A stretch of DNA of 64,000 nucleotides from assembly GCF_009914755.1 (NCBI RefSeq), contig NC_060947.1; one strand, 5' to 3'. Position 1 is the first letter of the stretch; the number at the start of each line of letters is the position of its first letter. Below are positions 55,241 through 64,000 of this stretch, piece after piece. Both the position numbers and the translations under genes were made by a program. The stretch is from the human T2T-CHM13v2.0 reference genome, Homo sapiens. The notes beneath the pieces are model-generated. The model saw only the letters and a list, made by a program, of their open reading frames with translations. It did no database searches and was not told the DNA's origin.

Positions 55241-56227
55241 ATCCAAGACTTCAAACACAACATTGAGATAATTGGATATTTACTCTATTAGATTTATTAT
55301 TAGGGGAGGTTAGAGACCTCTCATTGTGAAAAATATCTCAACACAAAATATTTTCTTTAACCTTCCAATAAATAGAGCAATCAACAAGAAAGTCTCATTT
55401 TCTAAGCAGTTTGGTTAGTCTTTATTTAAATAAACTTTATTTTAATATATTGCCTTTCTTAACATGATTTCCTCACCCCGTTTTACTTCCCCTTGCTTTG
55501 TGAACTCTTTAGGGGCCCTGAGATTAAACACTTAGAAGGAGATGTAAATGCCCTAACATATTGAGACACTAAGCATCGTTAGTCACAACTAGTCACATAA
55601 GTTTAGAGTGAGATGGCAGTCCTTGAAGCTTGAGAAAAGTGTTAGTGAACCCCAGAGCATAATGCATAATTTAGATGGTATTTTAAACCCAGATCCAAAT
55701 TAATGTGGATAGCTAGAGTACCGTGTAAAGTCCTCAGTCTTTTTTTCCTTCCTTCAAACAGTTTCTTGAGTAATTGCCTTCTTGGTTGTACAACTGCAAA
55801 TCTGGTGTAGGCGACAAACATCCTATTGAGCTTAAGTTCTGGGAGTGAAAGTTGACAATAGCCTGCCAAGAACTTCATTGGGAGGGAATGCTCAGTGTTG
55901 TTGTAGCAAGGGAGTCCATGAACAGGACCATTTACAGATTAAATGCCAGAGAAGAATTAAAGCAACAATGCATAGGTGACTGCTCCAATGGCTATAATCA
56001 GGGACTTTTCTTTATTGCTGGCATGGGCTCTTGACTCTACTAATTACTCTTATTCTTTTTTTTTTTTTTTCCCCTTCTGTAGTCTCTACTTTTACTTATA
56101 TATTTACCTCTGAAATTATTTGGGAGTGATGGTGGAAGTTGTGCTGAGAAAAGATTTCATTTTTTCTCTGCTGATTAAATTTCTTAGATCTGTCTCAGAT
56201 TGACCACTATAAAATCTAAAAATTATA

Positions 56228-56344
56228 ATCTCCATAAGGACAGGGACCATATCTACTATATTTACGTTTAATACCCAGCACTGTGCCTGGCATCTGGTAT
56301 ACACTCAATAAATATTCTCTGAATGAATGAATGAATGAGTGAAT
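56228..56344 (+). mobile_element. L2 3' end with (TGAA)n tail
   Basis: cactgtgcctggca...ctcaataaatatt..tgaatgaatgaatgaatga. Confidence 0.85.
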
Positions 56345-56595
56345 AAAAAAACAAAGACTTCCTTAGCTATGTGCTTATCAGCCTTATGTGTCATTTGTAT
56401 ACAATCCCTATTGTTATCTATCTTGAATAAATGTGTTCTCTCCCTGATACAGTATCTTTTCTTTAAAAAAAAAGGTAGATAAATTAGAAATTTCTTTTAG
56501 TGGGCATCGCTTAAATGTTTCTTATTGTATTGTAATCACCAAGCTGTGATAAACATTTGGAGTTTGTCTAAACATAATTAATAAATGTATATAAT

Positions 56596-57140
56596 GTCTT
56601 CGCCTCAGTTTCCCTAAAATAAAAGCCAGAGGGAATAGCTTATTTTAAACAATGATCCAGGGAACAGGAATGAGGGATGGAGTTTGTGAAACAGGGAAGG
56701 AGGGAAAGCCAATTACAATCCTTACGAAAAGTGGCCACTCCTAGAGGTGATTGGTTGCTCGCTGTTGCTTAACTTTGTGAGAAGGCTTAGGAAATGCTTC
56801 TCAGAATGATCTATTCATGGGAAGATATAAGAAAGCATTTATCCATAGAATTTCATTTCTCATCGGTCAAGGCTTAATCTGTGAAGCATTAACTTCCTCT
56901 GCACTTTCAGTTTGCATTTGTCCGAGTAGTGAGCAAGTTCGCATCATGGCCTGTGCTGTGGTTTCAGAGAAGCACAAGGCAGGAAGCAAGAGGCATTTAG
57001 CACAGGCTCATGGTGAGATGCTGTCAGGTATCACCTACATTAAGTTTGTCAAAGTCCCTGGGGAACTGGTTACTGCAAAGATGGCTGAAATAAGAGGTAA
57101 GGCTGAGAGATTTGAAGTAGTGAATCAGAGATTTTCCATG
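56596..57140 (-). mobile_element. LTR33-like ERVL LTR
   Basis: gatccagggaacaggaatgaggga..gtgaaacagggaaggagggaaagccaat; gcatttatccat. Confidence 0.55.
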
Positions 57141-57412
57141 AAAATAGTAAAATGACTAATCACTTCTAAATATGTCTTGAATAATATCTTTTAGATACCA
57201 TCATTGAACTCTAAAATAATACTTTGGCTACAATTTGATCTCTGAATTCCATAGCTGTCTCTAAATCACACACAATTTACTCTGGTGTTTTGACATTAGC
57301 AAAGTCTCAAGATTGATTTGCAAGATGATAGTCAATTAAATTGTATTTTAAGGGAGAAAAATTGTGAAAACAAACTAGATGTAAAGCAAAACAGAATTTA
57401 AAGAAGATTAGG

Positions 57413-57725
57413 GGCCGGGCATGGTGTCTTACACCTGTAATTCCAGCATTTTGGGAGGCCGAGGTTGGCGGATCACCTGAGGTCAGGAGTTCGAGACCAG
57501 CCTTGCCAATAGGGTGAAACCCCGTCTCTACTAAAAGTACAAAAATTAGCCAGGTGTAGTGGTGGGCACCTGTAATCCCAGCTACTCAGGAGGCTGAGGC
57601 AAGAGAATCATTTGAACCAGGAGGCAGAGGTTGCAGTGAGCCAAGGTTGTGCCATTGCACTCCAGCCTTGGTGACAAGAGCTAGACTCCATCTGAAAAAA
57701 AAAAAAAAAAGAAAGAAAAAAAGAA
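57413..57725 (+). mobile_element. AluS (Sq/Sx-like), full length
   Basis: Alu consensus with long A-rich tail; degenerate TSD aaagaagattagg / aaaaaagatgagg. Confidence 0.95.
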
Positions 57726-57933
57726 AAAAAGATGAGGACACACTGCTCTCCTAACAAAAGTGAAACAACTTTTTGAGGATTGGCCTATTTGTAGGTATTT
57801 AATTGAAATTAGATTTTATCTGGAAATATTTATATTTCACATAATAATTAAATTGTATCTCAAACAACATTTAGACACGCCAGTGTACGTGCAAAATAAA
57901 GTCAGTCTTACTAACATTTAAGGGCAAATCCAC

Positions 57934-58430
57934 TATGGTATGAGACCACCACTTCTCCTGTTGTCTTTTTTAGTTTCTCCCCAACCTCCCCTTTTCCCTA
58001 GTTTATAAGACAGGAGAAAAGGGAGAAAGCAAAAAGTTGGAAAGAAACAGAAGTAAGATAAATAGCTAGACGACCTTGGCGCCACCACCTGGCCCTGGTG
58101 GTTAAAATAATAATAATATTAACCCCTGACCAAAACTACTGGTGTTATCTGTAAATTCCAGACATTGTATGAGAAAGCACTGTAAAACTTTTTGTTCTGT
58201 TAGCTGATGTATGTAGCCCCCATTCACGTTCCTCATGCTTGCTTGATCCATTATGACTCTTTCACGTAGACCCCTTAGAGTTGTAAGCCCTTAAAAGGGC
58301 CAGGAATTTCTTTTTCGGGGAGCTGGGCTCTTAAGACACGAGTCTGCCGATGCTCCCAGCTGAATAAAGAAACCTCTTCCTTCTTTAATTCGGTGTCTGA
58401 GGAGTTTTGTCTGCGACTCGTCCTGCTACA
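57934..58430 (+). promoter_or_regulatory. HERV-E 5' LTR (LTR2B-like): TATA-like cttaaaa ~58290, AATAAA 58363-58368
   Basis: Ends ...tcgtcctgctaca just before the PBS; matches recalled LTR2-family sequence. Confidence 0.9.
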
Positions 58431-58435
58431 TTTCT

Positions 58436-58453
58436 TGGTTCCCTGACTGGGAA
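58436..58453 (+). promoter_or_regulatory. Primer binding site, tRNA-Glu
   Basis: tggttccctgactgggaa versus TGGTTCCCTGACCGGGAA: one mismatch, at a CpG. Confidence 0.92.
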
Positions 58454-58693
58454 GCGAGGTAATTGATAGACAGTCGAGGCAGCCCCTTAGGCGGCTTAGG
58501 CCTGCCCTGTGGAGCATCCCTGCGGGGGACTCTAGCCAGCTTGAGCGACGCGGATCCTGAGAGCGCTCCCAGGTAGGCAATTGCCTCGGTGGAATGCCTC
58601 GTCAGAGCAGTGTGCGGCAGGCCCCCGTGGTGGATCAACGCAGTGGCTGAACACCGGGAAGGAACTGGCACTTGGAGTCTGGACATTTGAAAC

Positions 58694-58702
58694 TTGGTAA
58701 GA
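58694..58702 (+). promoter_or_regulatory. Probable HERV-E major splice donor (TTG|GTAAGA)
   Basis: Strong donor match in the leader between the PBS and gag. Confidence 0.7.
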
Positions 58703-58977
58703 CTGGTCTTTGGAACTTGCCCACTCCATTTGAGTGGAAGCGTGGCCTGATCACCCATGGTGTGCCTGTACTGGCACTTTGGTTTTTGTTTTTGACTTGA
58801 CTTAAATTGCTTGATACTTTGGTTTTGGTTTGACCTGGCTTGGATTTCTGGATACTCTGATTTTGGTTTTGATTCTGGTTTGGTGAAAACTGAAAAAGTG
58901 TGTGTGTGCCCTTTTTACCTATTCTTTGTTCTGTGGTGTGCGTGTGGTGTGAGCTCGGTGTTTTGTCTCAAGGAAAC

Positions 58978-60565
58978 ATGGGTCAGACACAAAGTAAGCT
59001 TACTCCGCTAGGAACTATGTTGAAAAATTTTAAGAAGGGATTTAATGGAGACTATGGGGTTACTATGACACCAGGAAAACTTAGAACTTTGTGTGAAATA
59101 GATTGGCCAACATTAGAAGTGGATTGGCCATCAGAAGGAAGCCTGGACAGGTCCCTTGTTTCTAAGGTATGGCACAAGGTAACTGGTAAGTCAGGACACT
59201 CAGACCAGTTTCCATACATAGACACTTGGTTACATCTGGTAGACCGCCCGCAGTGGCTAAGAGGGCAGGCAGCAGCAGTGCTAGTAGCAAAGGGACAGAT
59301 AGCCAAGGAAGGATCCCGCTCCACCCGCCGAGGGAAATCAACTCCTGAAGTTCTGTTCGACCCAACATCAGAAGATCCATTGCAGGAGATGGCACCAGTG
59401 ATCCCAGTGGTGCCCTCCCGTTACCAGGGAGAGAGGCTCACCACTTTTGAGTCCACGGGGCTTGCACCTCCGCAAGACAAACATCCCTAGGCCACCCAGA
59501 GTAGGCCAGAGAGGAGGTGAAGCCTCGGGAGAAACCCCTCCCTTGGCAGCTGGTTTAAGACCCAAAACGGGGATACAAATGCCCCTGAGAGAGCAGTGGT
59601 ATACTGGAATAGATGAGGATGGGCACATGGTGGAGAGGCGTGTTTTTGTGTACCAGCCCTTCTCCTCTGCCGACCTCCTCAACTGGAAAAACAATACCCC
59701 ATCCTATACTGAAAAGCCGCAAGCTCTAATTGATTTGCTCCAAACTATTATCCAGACCCATAACCCCACTTGGGCTGATTGCCACCAGTTGCTCATGTTC
59801 CTCTTTAACACAGATGAAAGGCGGAGAGTGCTCCAAGCAGCAACTAAGTGGCTAGAGGAACATGCACCGGCTGATTACCAAAACCCCCAAGAGTATGTAA
59901 GGACCCAGTTACCGGGAACCGACCCCCAGTGGGACCCAAATGAAAGAGAGGATATGCAAAGGCTAAACCGATACAGGGAAGCTCTCTTGGAAGGATTAAA
60001 GAGGGGAGCCCAGAAGGCCACAAACGTGGCCATTCAGGGAAAAGAAGAAAGTCCAGCACAATTCTACGAGAGGCTGTGTGAGGCCTATCGTATGTATACT
60101 CCCTTTGATCCCAATAGTCCTGAAAATCAGCGCATGATTAACATGGCTTTAGTTAGTCAAAGTGCAGAAGACATTAGAAGAAAACTGCAGAAACAGGCTG
60201 GGTTTGCAGGGATGAACACATCACAGTTATTAGAAATAGCTAACCAGGTGTTTGTAAACAGGGATGCAGTAAGCCCTAAGGAAAACCGCAGAGAGAATGA
60301 ACATCAGGTCCGGCGAAATGCCGACCTGTTAGCTGCAGCAATCACAGGGGTCCCCCCAAAGAGGCAAGGGAAGGGGGGCCCCGGGAAAGAAACTCAGCCT
60401 GGTTGTCAGAGCTTGCAGCGTAATCAGTGTGCTTATTGTAAAGAAATAGGACATTGGAAGAACAAATGCCCTCAGCTAAAAGGAAAACAAGGTGACTCGG
60501 AGCAGGAGGATCCAGACAAGGAGGAAGGGGCCCTGCTCAACCTGGCAGAAAGGTTATTGGACTGA
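58978..60565 (+). pseudogene. gag: HERV-E gag (MA-p12-CA-NC) with a single frameshift at ~59483
   Basis: Myristoylation-type start MGQTQSK; CA sequence YQPFSSADLLNWKNN; MHR IQGKEESPAQFYERL; zinc knuckle CAYCKEIGHWKNKC; TGA at 60563-60565. Confidence 0.93.
59447..60565 (+). CDS. gag: Open capsid-nucleocapsid frame of HERV-E gag (372-codon ORF; expression unknown)
   Basis: Uninterrupted ORF in the track, containing CA and the CCHC knuckle. Confidence 0.55.
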   Translation: MSPRGLHLRKTNIPRPPRVGQRGGEASGETPPLAAGLRPKTGIQMPLREQWYTGIDEDGHMVERRVFVYQPFSSADLLNWKNNTPSYTEKPQALIDLLQTIIQTHNPTWADCHQLLMFLFNTDERRRVLQAATKWLEEHAPADYQNPQEYVRTQLPGTDPQWDPNEREDMQRLNRYREALLEGLKRGAQKATNVAIQGKEESPAQFYERLCEAYRMYTPFDPNSPENQRMINMALVSQSAEDIRRKLQKQAGFAGMNTSQLLEIANQVFVNRDAVSPKENRRENEHQVRRNADLLAAAITGVPPKRQGKGGPGKETQPGCQSLQRNQCAYCKEIGHWKNKCPQLKGKQGDSEQEDPDKEEGALLNLAERLLD

Positions 60566-60622
60566 GGGGGACCGGGCTCAAGGACCCCCAAAGAGCCTAT
60601 GGTCAGGATGACAGTTGGGGGT
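60563..60622 (+). promoter_or_regulatory. gag-pol stop-codon read-through signal (UGA, 8-nt spacer, pseudoknot)
   Basis: TGA, then GGGGGACC; stem 1 GGGCTC (60574-79) / GAGCCT (60593-98); stem 2 ACCCCCA (60584-90) / TGGGGGT (60616-22). Same geometry as the MLV element. Confidence 0.75.
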
Positions 60623-63600
60623 AAAGACATTGATTTTCTTGTAGATACCGGTGCTGAACATTCGGTAGTAACCACCCGGGTCAGCCCCTTATCCAAAAAG
60701 ACTATTGACATAATTGGAGCCACAGGAGTTTCAGCAAAACAAGCTTTCTGCTTGCCCCGGACTTGTACTGTAGGAGGACATAAAGTGATTCATCAGTTTT
60801 TGTACATGCCTGATTGTCCCTTGCCCTTGTTGGGAAGGGACTTGCTTAGCAAACTGAGAGCCACTATCTATTTTACAGAGCATGGCTCTTTGCTGCTAAA
60901 GTTACCCGGAACGGGAGTCATTATGACCCTTATGGTACCCCGAGAGGAGGAATGGAAACTTTTCTTAACTGAGTCGGGCCAAGAGATAAGACCAGCTCTG
61001 GCTAAGTGGTGGCCAAGAGTGTGGGCAGAAGACAACCCTCCAGGGTTGGCAGTCAACCAAGCCCCCGTACTTATAGAAGTTAAGCCTAGGGCCCAGCCGG
61101 TTAGGCAAAAACAGTACCCGGTCCCCAGAGAAGCTCTTCAAGGTATCCAGGTCCATCTCAAGTGCCTAAGAACCTTTGGAATTATAGTTCCTTGTCAGTC
61201 TCCATGGAACACTCCCCTCCTGCCTGTTCCCAAGCCTGGGACCAAGGACTACAGGCCGGTACAGGATTTGCGCTTGGTTAATCAGGCTACAGTGACTTTA
61301 CACCCAACAGTACCTAACTGGTACACATTGCTGGGGTTGCTGCCAGCTGAGGACAGCTGGTTCACCTGCTTGGACCTGAAAGATGCTTTCTTTAGCATCA
61401 GATTAGCCCCTGAGAGCCAGAAGCTGTTTGCCTTTCAGTGGGAAGATCCGGAGTCAGGTGTCACTACTCAGTACACTTGGATCCGGCTTCCCAAAGGGTT
61501 CAAGAACTCCCCCACCATCTTCGGGGAGGCATTGGCTCAAGACCTCCAGAAGTTTCCCACCAGAGACCTAGGCTGCATGTTGCTCCAGTACGTTGATGAC
61601 CTTTTTCTGGGACACCCTACGGCAGTCAGGTGCGCCAAGGGAACAGATGCTCTACTCCGGCACCTGGAGGACTGTGGGTATAAGGTGTTCAAGAAAAAAG
61701 TTCAGATCTGCCGACAGCAGGTACGTTACTTGGGATTTACTATCTGGCAGGGGGAGTGCAGCCTGGGATCAAAAAGAAAGCAAGTCATTTGTAATCTACC
61801 GGAGCCTAAGACCAGAAGGCAGGTGAGAGAATTCTTAGGGGCAGTGGGGTTTTGCAGACTGTGGGTCCCAAACTTTGCAGTATTAGCTAAGCCTTTGTAT
61901 GAGGTCACAAAGGTGGGGGACTGGGAACATTTTGAATGGGGATCCCAGTAACAGCAAGCCTTTCATGAGTTAAAGGAAAAACTTATGTCAGCCCCAGCCC
62001 TGGGGCTACCCGATCTGACAAAGCCTTTTATATTATATGTGTCAGAGAAAGAAAAGATGGCAGTTGGAGTTTTAACCCATACTGTGGGGCCCTGGCCGAG
62101 GCCAGTGGCCTACCTCTCTAAACAACTAGATGGGGTTTCTAAAGGATGGCCCCCATGTTTGAGGGCCTTGGCAGCAACTGCCCTGCTAGTACAAGAAGCA
62201 GATAAGCTGACTCTTGGGCAAAACCTGAACATAAAGGCCCCCCATGCTGTGGTGACTTTAATGAATACTAAAGGACATCATTGGCTAATGAATGCTAGAC
62301 TCACTAAGTACCAAAGTTTGCTCTGTGAAAATCCCCATATAACCATTGAAGTTTGTAACACCCTGAACCCCGCTACCTTGCTCCTGGTATCAGAGAGCCC
62401 TGTCAAGCATGACTGTGTAGAAGTGTTGGACTCAGTTTACTCCAGCAGACCTGACCTCTGGGACCAGCCTTGGGCATCAGTAGACTGGGAACTATACGTG
62501 GATGGGAGCAGCTTCATCAGCCCACAAGGAGAGAGATGTGCAGGGTATGCGGTGGTAACTCTGGACACTGTTGTTGAAGCCCGATCGTTGCCCCAGGGCA
62601 CTTCAGCTCAGAAAACTGAACTCATTGCTTTAATTCAGGCCTTAGAACTCAGTGAAGGTAAGACTGTAAACATTTACACTGACTCTCGATATGCCTTTTT
62701 AACCCTTCAAGTGCATGGAGCATTATATAAAGAAAAGGGTCTATTGAACTCTGGGGGAAAAGGACATAAAATATCAACAAGAAATCTTGCAATTATTAGA
62801 AGCAGTATAGAAACCACACAAGGTGGCAGTTATGCATTGCAGAGGACACCAGTGGGCTTCCACCTTGGTGGGTTTGGGGAATTCCCACGCTGACTTAGAG
62901 GCTCGAAAAGCAGCATCTGCCCCCTTCCGGGTATCAGTCACAGCCCCCCTGCTCCCTCAAGCACCTGATCTTGTACCTACTTATTCTAAAGAAGAAAATG
63001 GCTTTCTCCAGGCAGAGGGAGGACAAGTGATGGAGGAAGGATTGATTCGGTTACCAGATGGGAGAGTAGCTGTGCCACAGCTGCTAGAGCTGCAGTTGTA
63101 CTGGCTGTCCATGAAACCACCCATCTAGGTCAGGAATCACTTGAAAAGTTGTTAGGCTGGTATTTCTACATCTCGCATTTGTCAGCCCTTGCCAAAACGG
63201 TGACCCAGCGGTGTGTTACCTGCCGACAGCATAATGCGAGGCAAGGTCTAGCTGTTCCACCTGGTATACAAGCTTATGGAGCAGCCCCCTTTGAAGATCT
63301 GGATCCAGGTGGACTTCACAGAGATGCCAAAGTGTGGAGGTAACAAGTATTTACTAGTTCTTGTGTGTACCTACTCTGGGTGGGTGGAGGCTTATCCAAC
63401 ACGAACTGAGAAAGCTCGTGAAGTAACTCGTGTGCTTCTTTGAGATCTTATTCCTAGATTTGGACTGCCTTTATGGATCGGCTCAGATAACGGGCCGGCA
63501 TTTGTGGCTGACTTGGTACAGAAGATGGCAAAGGTATTGGGGATCACATGGAAACTGCATGCTGCCTACCGGCCTCAGAGTTCCAGAAAGGTGGAGCGGA

Positions 63601-64000
63601 TGAATCGGACTATCAAAAATAGTTTAGGGAAAGTATGTCAGGAAACAGGATTAAAATGGATACAGGCTCTCCCTATGGTATTATTTAAAATTAGATATAC
63701 CCCTTCTAAAAGAACAGGATATTCCCCTTATGAAATATTATATCATAGGCCCCCTCCTATATTGCGGGGACTTCCAGGCACTCCCAGAGAGTTAGGTGAA
63801 ATTGAGTTACAGTGACAGCTACAGGCTTTAGGAAAAATTACACAAACAATCTCAGCCTGGGTAAATGAGAAATGCCCTGTTAGCTTATTCTCCCCAGTTC
63901 ACCCTTTCTCCCCAGGTGATCGAGTGTGGATCAAGGACTGGAACGTAGCCTTTTTGTGTCCACGGTGGAAAGGACCCCAGACTGTCGTCCTGACCACTCC
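60566..64000 (+). pseudogene. pol: HERV-E pro-pol (protease, RT, RNase H, integrase), disrupted in its 3' half
   Basis: LVDTGA, LPKGFKNSP, YVDD, RNase H LYVDGSS/YTDSRY, and integrase CVTC and ERMNRTIK. Nonsense codon at 61949-61951, frameshift at ~62758, further lesions in integrase. Confidence 0.93.
60599..61951 (+). CDS. pol: Open protease plus RT polymerase-domain frame (450 aa)
   Basis: Uninterrupted ORF, in frame with the gag CA-NC ORF; catalytic DTG and YVDD motifs are intact. Confidence 0.6.
   Translation: MVRMTVGGKDIDFLVDTGAEHSVVTTRVSPLSKKTIDIIGATGVSAKQAFCLPRTCTVGGHKVIHQFLYMPDCPLPLLGRDLLSKLRATIYFTEHGSLLLKLPGTGVIMTLMVPREEEWKLFLTESGQEIRPALAKWWPRVWAEDNPPGLAVNQAPVLIEVKPRAQPVRQKQYPVPREALQGIQVHLKCLRTFGIIVPCQSPWNTPLLPVPKPGTKDYRPVQDLRLVNQATVTLHPTVPNWYTLLGLLPAEDSWFTCLDLKDAFFSIRLAPESQKLFAFQWEDPESGVTTQYTWIRLPKGFKNSPTIFGEALAQDLQKFPTRDLGCMLLQYVDDLFLGHPTAVRCAKGTDALLRHLEDCGYKVFKKKVQICRQQVRYLGFTIWQGECSLGSKRKQVICNLPEPKTRRQVREFLGAVGFCRLWVPNFAVLAKPLYEVTKVGDWEHFEWGSQ

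Larger units (their letters stand above)
57934..64000 (+). mobile_element. HERV-E provirus (gammaretrovirus-like); runs off the window end
   Basis: LTR2-family LTR, tRNA-Glu PBS, and gag, pro and pol in order. Confidence 0.95.

Noticed and set aside
58074-58093. CTCF-like motif in the HERV-E LTR (ggcgccaccacctgg)
   Set aside because: Two mismatches in the core, so it cannot be supported without ChIP data.

Overview
AT-rich, repeat-dense mammalian genomic DNA. It is primate and probably human, since it contains Alu, L1PA, THE1 and HERV-E elements. I recognise no intact host protein-coding gene. The window is a layered transposon record: ancient L2, MIR and DNA transposons; several L1s (some carrying 5'UTRs); full-length MSTB and THE1 elements; and a two-LTR MER50-type element. 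An intronless, disabled NT5DC1 retrocopy lies on the minus strand (about 15.06-17.87 kb, including its 3'UTR), nested inside an antisense L1. A degraded piggyBac-like (Looper-type) remnant with a hairpin repeat array lies at about 51.7-52.7 kb. From 57.93 kb to the window end is a well-preserved HERV-E provirus: LTR2-family 5' LTR, tRNA-Glu PBS, gag with one frameshift, a UGA read-through pseudoknot, pro-RT open for 450 aa, then disrupted RNase H and integrase. Nearly all short ORFs in the track are repeat-derived noise. I found no convincing new biological system. The most follow-up-worthy items are the HERV-E LTR/leader, the read-through element, the piggyBac hairpin array and the retrocopy architecture. 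Repeat subfamily names come from recall of consensus sequences, not from a database search.
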